64,000 bases of DNA. It comes from Eledone cirrhosa. Taxonomy: Eukaryota. Below are positions 47,050 through 60,008 of this stretch, one piece after another (positions within the stretch are counted from its first letter, which is position 1; each line of letters begins with the position of its first letter). The notes beneath the pieces were generated by a model. It did no database searches and was not told the DNA's origin. It worked only from the letters and a program-made list of their open reading frames with translations. Where the stretch lies: NCBI GenBank assembly GCA_964016885.1, contig OZ024743.1:353834001-353898000 (forward strand), given 5' to 3'. Both the position numbers and the translations under genes were made by a program.

Positions 47050-49290
47050 ACATTATTCGATATTTTCGGCAAAAACGATTCTCTCAAGAGAACATCAAAA
47101 ACCTTAATAATAAAAGGTGTGAAATGATATATAGTATTGTCATAACACCAACGTGTGTGTGAGTGTGTCCAGATTGTACGTACTACAAGGGGAATCCATT
47201 AGGCCCTGCCCTATTGGAATACTTGTGTACAAATATGTATGTGCCCATCAGTGTGCAATGTATGTGTGCGTATATGTATGTGTGTGTGTCGGCACGTTTA
47301 TATCTATAGACATCAAAAGGTATGCAAATTTGTGTATATTTGTGTTGCACCATAGAACATGTGTGTTTACGTATGTCATTGTGTTTATATGTGGATAGAG
47401 ATGTATGTAGGATGTATGCTGATGTAGGTATGTATGTTGACGTGTGTATGTTGTGGGTTCGTCTTAGGGAGAAGTGTTTAGACGGGGTCCGTATTTGTTA
47501 ATAAAGTGAGATTCCTTGCTGATGCGCTGGGTGTGGGTGGCATTATCTTTAAATTTGTAGAGGCGAAAGATTCTAAAGTTGGGATGATTTTGGGCGGCAC
47601 AGGTATCAATGTGTTCACTCAGTGGTATTTTCCTGTATTCCCATATTTTAATTTGTGATCTATGGATAGTCATGCGTTGGCGGAGGCTGTTTTTTGTCTG
47701 GCCTATGTATTGTTCTCGACAACCTGAACAAGTTAATATATATATTAGATTTTCTGATGCGCATGTGAAATTGTGTTTTACTATAAAACGTTGTCCCTCT
47801 TTGAAATAGAATTCCGAACCCTCTATTAGGTTGATGCATATGCCACAGTTGGGTCAATCGCATTGTTTTTACTTTGGGTTTCGTTGTTGTGGTTGGCAGT
47901 ACTTGGGCATGTGTTAGGATGTTTTTCATTGACATAGATTGTCTTTTGCTCTTTATGATATCGTGTGTTCGTAGGATTTGGTTCATTCTATGGTCCTTTT
48001 TTAACACAGGGGTGTTCTGGAGGATGGTGTCAAAGGCCTCATTGTTGAGGGTGTTATGTGAGGAGATGTATGGAAGAGCTTTTAGTTTCGGTTGATTTAC
48101 GTTAGGGTGTCTAAGGTCCTGGGTACTGAGTTTTAGGGCACGTTGGATTCCATTGTCAATTAGTGATGCAGGGTAGTCCCTACCTATGAGTGTGACCTTT
48201 GGTTCTTGTAGCCGTAAGTAACAGGTGTTTTTATTGGAGACTATAGTACAGATTCTCTTGGCTATGTTGTAGGGAATATTAATTTTAACGTGTCTAGGGT
48301 GGCAAGAGTTGAAAGGAAGATATTGCTTGGAGTCTGTGGGCTTGTAGTATATGTCTGTTTCTATTTTTTTGGTGTTATGAATCTTAATGAGGATGTCGAG
48401 GAAGGGGAGTTGTTGATGGCTGTATTCCATCGTAAAGTTGATATTCGTATTGAGCCCATTTATAAGGGTGTGAAATTATTTAAGTTTCTCGATGTTTTCG
48501 TGCCAAAGGATGAAGCAGTCATCTAGATATCGCTTCAGATCTTTTCTATGTGTAAGTGGAGAGTGTTTCCAAATTTGTTTAGTACTTTAGTGTAGAGGGT
48601 GATTTCCAGGTATCCCATGACTAGGTTGGCATAAGTGGGGGCTGTTTTCGTTCCCATAGCGGTCCCAGATTTCTGCCTGTAGGATTTGTTATTGAAAACG
48701 AAGTAATTGTTCTCCAAGATAAATTTGAGTCCCTCTATCACGAATTCTTTTTTGATGCGTTGTGGGAGTTCATTGTGGTAATTATCCAGCCAGAATTGGA
48801 TAGCTTCTATTCCTAGGTTGTGGGGGATGTTGACTACATCGAACGTCACTAGTAGGGTTTGTTCAGAAAAGGGCATATTAGGGAGGTGATTGAGCATATC
48901 TAGGTCGTCCCTTATATAGCTTTTGATGTATTTGAGAAAAGGCTTGAGAAGGGTATCAATGAAGTTGCTAAAGCCGTGGGTTTCGCAAGCGGGGCCTGCT
49001 ATTATAGGTCTTAATTTGAGATCATTGGGTGAGGGGACATTGATGACTATGTCTGTGGCTTCCTTGCATGCCTTACTTATTAATTCGCTTTTATGTACTT
49101 TAGGGATACCGTAGAAAAGGCTGGCTTTACTTGTGAAGTCTGTGATGAAGCTGAATTCCTTGTTAGAGAGTCCTTCTTTGTATTGGTTGATCAGAGTTTT
49201 TAGGTTTCTCATAATTTTCTGTTGATTGTAGTAGTGTTCAGCCTTTTCGTAGTATGTTTCGTTTTCCAAGGTGGAGATATACCAATATAT
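47050..49290 (-). mobile_element. 5'-truncated, frameshifted Penelope-like element (Neptune-like): RT plus GIY-YIG
   Basis: FYGIPKVHK, LRPII, TFDVV, GTAMGTKTAPTYANL, RYLDD (about 48518-48532), LPFLD, YKPTD, HPRH; EN FTCASENLIYILTCSGCREQYIGQT...RMTIH...ESHFINKYGPRLN ending at 47464. Confidence 0.92.
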
Positions 49291-49320
49291 CACAACTCGT
49301 GTTTTACACCTCTATTCTTT

Positions 49321-49382
<62 letters not shown>

Positions 49383-49926
49383 TGTATGTATAGTATATTT
49401 TGCAATATAACGTATGTTTAATTAAAAACATTTTGGAGACCTTGCGCTATCATTTGTAAAGTAGTGACTATATCACTTACTTCTTTTTTCGGCAAAAGAA
49501 GGGAGAGAAGCTAACAGAGTCTGTTTCACGCTGTTGGCGATCCTCTTCGCCTTTGCCGAAAATTATAGAGGCTGGATTCTTATAGAATTCCAGTCATAAT
49601 CACGAGCTGATTATACAGAGCGATTGCCGATATATTTATATATATATATACTCACACGCACACACACACACACACACGCGCTCACACCCACATACACACA
49701 CTCACACACACGCACACACACACACACAGACACAGACACATATATATATAAATATATATATATATATAATTCAAGGAAACAACAAATCAGAGGTACAAAC
49801 AAAAACTCTTATTAGATTCACGCGTTACATGGAAAATAGGAAAGAAAGTTCGTGTCGAACTTTTTCTTTCTTCAGGAGTACAACAACAGAAACAGGATCA
49901 CGAGGGATAGATACAGAGAATAAAAG

Positions 49927-49995
<69 letters not shown>

Positions 49996-50087
49996 GTTAT
50001 AGAAATTTGGTAAAATATCAAAGGGTAGGGGCACTCAGTTCATAGAACGAGTTAAGTATAATTAGTATAATTACAACAGTGACATAT

Positions 50088-50138
50088 ACAAGTACTTAAG
50101 TTTCGTTTGGTTATGCAACCCAACTTATCCAGCCCGTT
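50088..50138 (-). ncRNA. Hammerhead-like motif with 8-nt core variant (second copy)
   Basis: ACGGG-CTGGATAA-GTTGGGTT-GCAT-AACCAAAC-GAAA-CTTAAG-TA-CTTGT; stem I ACGGG/CTTGT. Confidence 0.6.
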
Positions 50139-50373
50139 ATGTAAACAAAGATGGCTACCCCCATAGAAGGTTTTAGAATATATAAGAGAGGTAATTTCGA
50201 ATTTAGCTATAAATAGATAAATCCCTTAAATATATATATATATTATACGATTAAGACCTCAGCATAAATGCATGCCAACTAAGGTTCCAAACCCCAACCA
50301 GCACAAGCATATAGACATTCTATGTCTGCTAGTTTAGTTATCTTCATGCAAAATGAAGATGGCTGAACATTAT

Positions 50374-50562
50374 TGGTGGATTGGCATTATCGGTAGAGGG
50401 TCGGACGCCATGCTTTGCAGCAAAAAGTTACGGCCCTTTATGATCTAAGTTCAAATCCCGCCGAGGTTAACTTTGTATTTCATCCTTACGGGTTCGATAA
50501 AATAAAGTACCAGTAATACACTGGGATAATAGCTGGCCTTGTGCCAAAAGTAGAAACAATTA
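50374..50562 (+). mobile_element. SINE, full length
   Basis: A/B boxes and core as in the other copies. Confidence 0.9.
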
Positions 50563-50588
50563 TTTCATATATGGAATTTTGTCAGATA

Positions 50589-50746
50589 TAATTGTTTCTA
50601 CTTTAGGCACAAGGCCAGCAATTACCCAGTTCATTACTGGTACTTTATTTTATCGACCCCGTAAGGATGAAAGGCAAAGTTAACCTCGGCGGGATTTGAA
50701 CTTAGATCATAAAGGGTCGTAACTTTTTGCTGCAAAGCATGGCGTC
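50589..50746 (-). mobile_element. SINE, 5'-truncated, tail-to-tail with the previous copy
   Basis: Reverse complement of about 50404-50562; 12-bp TSD GTCAGATATAAT (50581-50592, 50744-50755). Confidence 0.9.
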
Positions 50747-50828
50747 AGATATAATGTAGGTAATAATGTGATAATACATTTGGTATTTTTTGTCTACGGG
50801 GGAAGCAAATGATGTGTCTGCCAGTTAT

Positions 50829-50860
<32 letters not shown>

Positions 50861-51185
50861 GTATGTTTATACACACACACACACACACACACAGGATATA
50901 TTTGACAGTCAACCCCATACTATAATAAAACACTCGTGGATAGTAGCTTCGTAGATAAAATTTAATATTTACCTAAAGCCACTACCTCAAAATACACATA
51001 AAAATAGGTAAAGAAATATAATTTGTTTTCACCCCTTATCTCTGGCAGTAAAGACTAACAGGGGTAAACATTCTGAGAGTTATTAGATAAACAATTCTCT
51101 CTTGAACATCGGTATATGAAAATATGTGTATATATATAATCATGAAGCCAACATATTATAATTTACATCATGAATGCATAATCAC

Positions 51186-51243
51186 CTTCATATATATTTC
51201 GGTGATAACTGTTATGCAATAGTTATGACCTCACCAGACAGCC
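51186..51243 (-). ncRNA. Decayed HHR, long-stem-II family
   Basis: CTGGTGA-GGTCATAACTATTG-CA-TAACAGTTATCACC-GAAA-TATATA-T. Confidence 0.6.
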
Positions 51244-51327
51244 AGAACTTGAACCGAAAGACAAAAAAACATGAAGAAATAAAAATTACTCCTGTTGTTT
51301 CCATTCATTGATATGTCTCAGGATAAC

Positions 51328-51364
<37 letters not shown>

Positions 51365-51367
<3 letters not shown>

Positions 51368-52469
51368 GAAGACTGCAGCATCTTCACAAACGATTGCCGT
51401 CTCTTATTGATTCTTCATTGTCATCCCACCTGCGTCCATGACTTCGTAGATGACTTTGTAGACCAACAGTAGTTCTGTATGATCTACAACACAGGCAACA
51501 GAAGAGAGTTATGCTTTCAACAGGACCAGTGGGACACAATCTTTATGTGTTACCCTGTGTTTTTTAGTCCGGAACTAGTTCTACACACTTTGTTGCATAT
51601 CACGCACGTTGTTTCGCCAGTCTTTGTTGAGTGGTGTTGCGGATGGTTATCCTTTCATGTGACTTCAGATGATTAACATAACCAGCTTTTGAGAAGAGTA
51701 CACGTTGACAGAAATTGCATGTCCAACTACTGATGTCTTCATCAAGACTGTGAGCACAACCCTTCCTTTATATTAGAGGTGAAATTCCTAAAAGGTTTTG
51801 CAGCTTCCCTTTATGCGTTTTATACACTCAGCCCTATTTAGAGCTATCTCTTCCCAGTTGTCTATCTCAAGTGCCAGCTCTTTCAGGTTGTTCTTGATGC
51901 TGCCCGTGTACCTCATTTTCTGTTTGTGTTGAGGCCTTTTTCCAAGGCGGAGCTCACCGTTAAACAGTTGCTTCGGGATCCTGTTTTCTGTCATGCGGCC
52001 GATATGTCCTGTCCAGCGCATTTGAGAAGATGTTACTTGAGATTCAATGCTCGGACATTCTACTTTGATAAGGACATGGATGTCTGGAGTTCTGTCTTGC
52101 CACTTGATGTTGAATATGCGCCTTAAACATTTCTGCTGAAAACGCTCAAACAATTTGGTGTGTTTGCGGAATAGCGTCCAGATTTCGTCGGAGTATGAAA
52201 GAGCAGACAGAACACATGATCTCTACACACACACCTTGGTATTGTTGGTAATGTTGCAATTTGCCCAAACTCTCTTTTCCAATTTTCCGAAGGCAACAGA
52301 GGCCTTCTGGATGCGCAGATGTATTTCAGCATCCAAGGAGCCATCATTTGAGAGTGTGCTACCCGAGTAGACAAATTTATTTATTACTTCCAAACTGGTT
52401 CCATTAAGCATGATATCGAGTTCAGTATATAGCTCTCCAAAAACAGGTGTAAACATTACTTTGGTCTTT
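51365..52469 (-). mobile_element. RTE-clade LINE 3' fragment (RT C-terminus and C2H2 fingers), frameshifted
   Basis: KTKVM...KFVYSGSTLSNDGSLDAEIHLRIQKASVAFGKL, CLRRIFNIKWQD, MRWTGHIGRM..RIPKQLFNGEL..GKR; CVICNKVCRTSSGLKKH and GLQSHLRSH. Confidence 0.9.
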
Positions 52470-52489
52470 ATACATACATACATACATAC

Positions 52490-53026
52490 ATGATGATGTC
52501 TGCCCCCCTCGTTATCGAGTATGGCCGTTGCACGATATACCATTATTATTAATTATTAATTAATTCTATCGTGCAATGCCTGTGCGTGAAGATATTTTTT
52601 AAAGTGAGGAAAGACTGTGCACTGAGCCAATCCCACTCTGAGCGACAGTAGCTATAACCCGAAAAGAAGAAAATATCAACATCATCGGTAACTACTGAGC
52701 CGTAGGTTTTATGTCGGAGTTATCCCAGTTTCCTGAGTTGCCTTCTAGAAGAATGCCTTGACAAAGGCTAGGGGTCCTTCACTCCCAGTGGTTTAACCGG
52801 GTGGTACATGTCTATATACATATATACACAATTTCGGATGGCCATTCACCCTTATCAGTTCTTCCGCCTTTTGTCAGGTTTTGTATTTTGTCCTGCAGGG
52901 TGTCCAAAATCACCCTCCTAACCAAGTAAACTTGGTGGGGTTGCCGGTTTAGTCGCCGACGACCCGACCATGCGACAGGTTGTACTGGGTTACATCTTAC
53001 CAGTAGCACTCAAGAGTGACCCGACA
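52490..53026 (-). mobile_element. Diverged non-autonomous bipartite RTE derivative
   Basis: 5' part and 3' hairpin/tail (GGCCATACTCGATAACGAG...CATGTATG) align with 28580-29159 and 63000-63610. Confidence 0.75.
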
Positions 53027-53250
53027 TACATACATACATACATACGAATGTATTATTTCGTTCTGTGATTTTGTGTATTGTGTCTAATATGTCGACTATA
53101 GCTATTATCAACGAAATGACCATTGGTATAATCAAAATTCTTATCAAATACTCGCCTGATATGATTGTGATTTTTAATCGTCTCATTTATGTATCTATCA
53201 TATATTCATATATGTCTCATCACCCTCTGTTCATCTCTCTCTCCCCGCCC

Positions 53251-53290
<40 letters not shown>

Positions 53291-53328
53291 GTGTGTGTAA
53301 ATATACATGTACAGATACACACATACGG

Positions 53329-53372
<44 letters not shown>

Positions 53373-53380
53373 GCACACAA

Positions 53381-53418
<38 letters not shown>

Positions 53419-53457
53419 GTTGGCATGTAAACAGAACTGCAGACACTAATATACACG

Positions 53458-53492
<35 letters not shown>

Positions 53493-53934
53493 GTATATAC
53501 ATAACTTAAACGATCGCGCAGTTATGATCGTAATTAATTTTGTACAAATGTAAACATTATAGCTAAATAAATACATAGAAAGATGTAACAAATAGATAGG
53601 TAGATAGATGCATACATAGATAGAGATAGGTAGATAGATACGGAAATTGCTATTAGAAGTATAACGTACCCAATCTATCAAATCTATCAAATTTGCATGT
53701 GTACAGTGATATTTATATACGGTAGTATCATATCATGTGTGTGTTTGCATGTATGCGTTTCTATATGTATTTATGCTTATTTTCATGTATGTTTGTATAC
53801 CATACGTGCTCACACATATACACAAACTTCTATACATTTATAGTCTGCATATTTTATATGTTGTATGTTATAGTGTATGTACTTATATGCTCTGTTTAAC
53901 AAACAAGCGTGAGGAAAAGATGTATGTGACGTGT

Positions 53935-53975
<41 letters not shown>

Positions 53976-54078
53976 TATGTGTGTGTGTATGTGTGTGTGT
54001 GTGTGTAATATTGAACAATGAAAGAATATGACAATTAATTTATAGCGCAGACTCACACACACGCTTGTATATATCCTT

Positions 54079-54158
<80 letters not shown>

Positions 54159-54371
54159 ACATATATATATATAGATACATATATATGTATGTATATATGT
54201 AGGAGGTGAGTTTTTGAAATGCGCATAATAAAATACATGGAACTCCTTTAACCATCTTTTGTTCTTATATATTATGTATGTATATATATATCTATGTATA
54301 TTTGTATGTATGTATGCAAATATTACAAGACAGTAGGTTAGAACTTACATAATTTTATTGATTCCATAATC

Positions 54372-54430
54372 ACTGTTATAAGTATTTTGATTGTAACTGT
54401 TATGTAACAGTGATAACCTCATCTGACAAT
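54372..54430 (-). ncRNA. Decayed HHR, long-stem-II family
   Basis: ATTGT-CAGATGA-GGTTATCACTGTTA-CA-TAACAGTTACAATC-AAAA-TACTTA-TA-ACAGT. Confidence 0.6.
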
Positions 54431-54785
54431 AAATGAATAAAAATGACACAAACAAAACGTTTATGGATAGAGATTACTCTCGCAGTCATCACAAGATGCG
54501 TAATAAACCTCTGGTCATTGCTTGATATTTCCAGCCTTTCCCATTCATTGCTTCCTTGCACGCTTCAAGGTATGAGATCGTCTACTCATTCTGGTATTAG
54601 GTCAGTTGTAAATTGTTTAGCCCTATGGGGTTACATCACCACTAGCCTTTGATAGCGCAAAAACAAGCGTACTTAGAAGCGAAGTGGTGGTGACATATAT
54701 AAACAGTGCATAGCACAGAATGAAAATTGGACGAATAATTTTATCCATATAACATCTGTTCATGTAATTTTGTGTTCATGTAATA

Positions 54786-54843
54786 GCTATCTGATGAGGT
54801 CGTAACTGTTACATAAAACTTACCATCGAAATACGTATACCAT
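54786..54843 (+). ncRNA. HHR with intact core, long-stem-II family
   Basis: CTGATGA-GGTCGTAACTGTTA-CA-TAAAACTTACCATC-GAAA-TACGTA-TA; palindromic stem III ATACGTAT; stem I eroded. Confidence 0.7.
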
Positions 54844-55036
54844 AAGTAATTATGTAATCAATAAAATGATGTAAATTAGAACCTACTGGCTTCTACTTCA
54901 TTGTATCCGAATACATTGTAGTACAAAGACTTCCCTGTACACCTAACCGAGTGCTGAATCCTGCGTAAACTAGTGTTGGTTGGCCAGTAACTAACACAAA
55001 ATATTTCAAGTATATGCATATGGTTATTTATATATT

Positions 55037-55079
55037 GTCAAAGATCTTTCGTCACACATTCTGAGACCTCCTCAGTGAC
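55037..55079 (-). ncRNA. Minimal type I hammerhead ribozyme
   Basis: GTCA-CTGAGGA-G-GTCTCAGAATGTGTGAC-GAAA-GATC-TT-TGAC; stem I GTCA/TGAC, palindromic stem III AGATCT. Confidence 0.75.
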
Positions 55080-55340
55080 CGGTTTCTTATTTTGTGTCTC
55101 TCCTTTGTTCTGTCCTACACCATCTTGTTTTTGTGTGTTGTGTGCAGTGTGGTTGGTTTGCGCATGCGCTACATCCGAGTGTGTCTGTGTTTATATATAT
55201 ATATATATAAATGTAATCTAAGTTTTTCGAATATAAATAATAATATTCGATTCGTTTGCAATGATGCAAACAGTCTCATTTTTAAAGCCATATCAGTAGA
55301 ATGAGCCCCTAATTCTTGCTCTTGTGTTGGCATGTAAACA

Positions 55341-55390
55341 GAACTGCAGACACTAATGTTTTTGGGTATCACCCTTCATCAGTACAGCTC
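55341..55390 (-). ncRNA. Type I hammerhead ribozyme with mutated GAAA
   Basis: GAGCTGTA-CTGATGA-A-GGGT-GAT-ACCC-AAAAAC-ATTAGT-GTC-TGCAGTTC; 8-bp stem I including G-U pairs. Confidence 0.7.
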
Positions 55391-55457
55391 ACTGTTCACC
55401 TGCCAAACTGTCAGAGCTAGTGAAAATATATGCTATTTTCTAAAATATACAGTGACT

Positions 55458-55556
55458 GATTGGCCTGATTTGCATATTAGCAGACTGGCTGATCAGTCAG
55501 ATCTGCACATTAGCAGGTCCATTGATCAGCCAGATTTGCATATCAGCAGACAGGCC
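55458..55556 (+). repeat. Three diverged 33-bp tandem units, two containing ATTTGCAT
   Basis: GATTGGCCTGATTTGCATATTAGCAGACTGGCT / GATCAGTCAGATCTGCACATTAGCAGGTCCATT / GATCAGCCAGATTTGCATATCAGCAGACAGGCC. Confidence 0.8.
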
Positions 55557-55624
55557 AGTCAGTTTCCTGCATACGAGCGATAAATGGCCGGCTTTTTCAT
55601 ATTCAAATAAATAAATAAAAAAAC

Positions 55625-55705
55625 AATTATCGCTCTACATGGCTGAATACAATAAATGAATTTATACATTTATTGTATTCAATTCAGCCATGTAGAGCGA
55701 TAATT
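55625..55705. repeat. Near-perfect hairpin
   Basis: AATTATCGCTCTACATGGCTGAATACAATAAATG / CATTTATTGTATTC(AATTC)AGCCATGTAGAGCGATAATT. Confidence 0.9.
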
Positions 55706-55721
55706 TTATATATATATATTA

Positions 55722-55957
55722 TATAAAAAACAAAAATCAGTGATGCATCTGGACTCAGTTTATTGCGTGTTACAATTGTTTCGCCGGCAGGTAGCTCGAG
55801 ATTTGCTCCGAAAGAATTGCATGTGTCCGGAGGAACCTGCAGCCGTAGAATCAGCCAGATCCATACAGTGATCATGTCTCGAGCTACCTGCCGGCGAAAC
55901 AATTTTTCACGCAATAAACTCAGTCCAGATGCATCACTGAATTTTCGTTTTTTTATA
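55722..55957. repeat. Inverted repeat, about 80-bp arms and 75-bp spacer
   Basis: TCAGTGATGCATCTGGACT...GCCGGCAGGTAGCTCGAGA / TCTCGAGCTACCTGCCGGC...AGTCCAGATGCATCACTGA. Confidence 0.9.
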
Positions 55958-56074
55958 CTATTCACACCTCTGCTCTGTAAGAATATTAAGTGCTAATTTT
56001 GGCATACCGCCTATGGAAGCACCATAGCTACCATTATATACACGTATATATTTATATATATATATATATATATA

Positions 56075-56312
56075 GTTTTAATATAGATGAGATTCTACAA
56101 GACTAGAACTGTTTCATTCTTTAGAAATCATCAGTAAAAAAAACGAAAAATCAGTGATGCATCTGGACTCAGTTTATTGCGATTCCTGATGATTTCTAAA
56201 GAATGAAACAGTTCTAGTCCTGTAGAATCTCATCTATATTAAAACTTTTATACTCTGCTATGTATTGAGTACCTTACTTACTGTGGTTACCTCCGATTCA
56301 ACCCGGAATAAC
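56075..56312 (+). mobile_element. HHR family A cassette with inverted 5' copy
   Basis: Direct HHR 56181-56229 GATTC-CTGATGA-TTTCTAAAGAAT-GAAA-CAG-TTCTAGTC-CTG-TA-GAATC; inverted copy 56075-56134; (TA)n on both sides. Confidence 0.85.
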
Positions 56313-56480
56313 GTATATATATATATATATATAGAATAAAGCACTCATATATACATGTGTACACAAATTCGCCGAATCACTCTGATGCTACTCAGAGGTT
56401 CTTACCCAATTATATCCTTCATGTCACCATATCCAAATGGTGGATTCGGTTGTATTTTCCTGAAAACACGTGGGTTCACA

Positions 56481-56814
<334 letters not shown>

Positions 56815-57130
56815 CACACACATATAACACAATGACTCCCTGCTCTATTACAGAGACAACAAGCGTATAATTACCCAGCAAAATCAGCTGCCCATAAATA
56901 AACACCTATGACAACAGAAAACATCCTTTCCCCAGCCTACCCTGTAGAGTTATTTAGACTGCCACCCTAGCACGAGCCAAGTTATAATGACCAACAATTT
57001 AAAAACAATTAACAAACGATCGATCCTATCCATTTTAGTCTTTCTATACCGTTTTCTTTTCTCATTCATTTTTCAGAGAAATTAACATTTCTCCCTTCAC
57101 ACCACCATATTTTACATACATGCAAGTACC

Positions 57131-57191
<61 letters not shown>

Positions 57192-57549
57192 CAGCTGGTG
57201 ATATACATGTAAGTAAATATTTTCTTTATCTGATATTTTGTAACTAACCTTACATAGATCGATAACGAAGTATGGTTACGATGTATTATCATCACCTAGA
57301 AACGATCGTAAAGCAGTGAAGTATATTTCTAATGACTTGAATTTTTATTTCATTGTTTTAACTTATATCATGACTCTGTTTATTGTTTTCCGGAATTTAT
57401 TTTAACCTACAACATTTTCAACATTTGGATTACATTGAGTTCTTCATGCAGACTAAACCCCACAACTTACCGTGGATATCTGTGTGTATATATATGGTTA
57501 ATTTGAAACTTATACGGTGACCATATCTGAGAGCAAGATGTATACTTGT

Positions 57550-57581
<32 letters not shown>

Positions 57582-57583
57582 TT

Positions 57584-57630
<47 letters not shown>

Positions 57631-57849
57631 TGTGTTTGTGTGTGTGTGTGATATATATATTCATATATATATAGAGAGAGAGAAAGAAAGAGAGAGGGGA
57701 TGCGTGAATGAGTGTGTGTGCGGGCGTGCGTGTGTGTGCGTGTGTGCGTATGTGTGTGTAGAGAGAGAAAGAGACAACATGTTCAATAATTTTATTTATT
57801 TATTTATTGATAATTCTATAATATAAAATGTATTATTGATTATCTCGAA

Positions 57850-58468
57850 AACAAAAACGTTAACTTTGGAACCAGTGATTAAAACTTGGCACAGCCAGTC
57901 TACAATGACTAGGACAGGTCTGTGTTACTGCAAAAACTTAACTGAATGCACTTGACGTTGAATATTTGCTGCACAGTAGCAACATAAGTAAAAGCAAAAA
58001 CATTTCTTTCTTTTGTACACAAAAATAATTAATTCTGCCTCCTATTCTATGCTCCTCTATGCTTCCTATTCTTTCTCAGAAAACATGTCAAACAGAAGAG
58101 ACGAGATATTGAGCACATGTCCACATACGAACAAATTATTGTCAGGGCATATAAAATGCAACCAGCAAAATTAATAGGAATTACCTAGAGTAATCTTTCA
58201 TTGAATGCAAAAATTATATTGACAAGGAAACCAAATAAGAATTATAGAAGGACGCAGAGAGCATTAATTGTATAACGTCACATCTCAAGATCTATCTAAA
58301 CACAAATGACCTATTGTGAAAAACAATGTCTTGCCATATAGGGACTTCCGATACAACCTAATCCACCATTTGGATATGGTGACCTGAAGGATATAATTGG
58401 GTAAGAACCTCCGAGTAGCATTAGAGTGATTCAGCGAATTTGTGTACACATGTATATATGAGTGCTTT

Positions 58469-58473
<5 letters not shown>
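57850..58473 (+). mobile_element. Degraded PLE endonuclease C-terminus and 3' region
   Basis: SNRRDEILSTCPHTNKLL (58089-58142), same terminal motif as the 7350 and 21780 fragments; 58351-58473 has an inverted copy at 56332-56456. Confidence 0.5.
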
Positions 58474-58525
<52 letters not shown>

Positions 58526-59863
58526 GTGTTTATAATGGTAGCTATGGTGCTTCCATAGGCGGTATGCCAAAATTAGCACTCAATATTCTTATAGAGCAGA
58601 GTGTGAATAGTATAAAAAAATGAAAAATCAGTGATGCATCTGGACTCAGTTTATTGCGTATTACAATTGTTTAATCAAGGTAGGGATTAACTTATGACAA
58701 AACTCAATATTTATACCCTAATATTGAGAACATGAGAAAACGTAATACAATCAATAGAGAGAGTGTGAGTAATATATTTTAAGAAATACATGGCATCAAT
58801 ATAACAGTTATAGAATTTTTAATATTTAAAAAAGACTACTAGAGACATAAGAGGGAGAGGAAAGCATAGAGGAAGAAGTAGCTGATGTTATAACTTATTT
58901 AGTATTTAGCTTGAGAAGACAAATGAAAGATGATTAAAGAGAGAGAGAGAGAGACAAAGGGGAGTAATTTATGCTCAAGTTTCTACATACACATCTTCAT
59001 ATATAGCTGGCGGTTAATTTTCAAAATATTTAATTTATGTTATTTCAGAGTAAAGAATCAAATTTTAGGTTTTAAAAGTTAATGGGTATTTGTATTAATA
59101 TTATAATATAATTATGTTAAATTTCTAAAATTCAAATTTTATGAAGACAAATTTAAAGGATTTACGAAACCCGCGAAAGAAAGAAAATATACATATAATG
59201 TTCGATATCCACACGAAGGTAATTTTTACCAAAATTGCTTATAATATTGACAACAGTTTCTATAATATAATTCATGAGATATTTATAGTTATAACTATTA
59301 AAGAATATATTGTTAAATAGTTTGAGTGCCTAAAGAATCAACAGGTCTTATAATTAAACTTAAAGAAGTCAGAATTTTTAGCTATATATATGTATTGATT
59401 ATAATATACCAAGAATATAGTATATTATTTGTACATAAATTGTATTAAGTAAATGATTATATAAGTTCGACCTTCCAGGGAAAACCAAACACTTATAATA
59501 ATGTCATGTGAGTGTTTAATTTATTTATAAATGTAACTACGATTATGTTATTGCAGTATATAAAGATATTTGTACACACTATATATAGATATAATAGGTA
59601 TTAATGAAACGGTATACATTTAATAAAGAATAATAATTATAATCATTGTTAATAGTTTTCCCTCCAGTTCAGTGAGGAAATAGACCAATATTTGTCAGCT
59701 ATTATGGTTTGTTAAATATACATAACACACACACACATATATATATATATATACACACAACCACACCATCAGCTCTCTCTCTCTCTCTTCCATTCTCCTT
59801 CTCTGTCTATTCTCTCTCTCTCTCTGGGTCTCCCTCTTTTAATCTACTCTCTCACAGCCACTA

Positions 59864-59925
<62 letters not shown>

Positions 59926-59939
59926 GCTCTATATCTCTA

Positions 59940-60008
<69 letters not shown>

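Noticed and set aside
50374-50470. tRNA gene
   Set aside because: A/B boxes belong to the SINE head; no cloverleaf.
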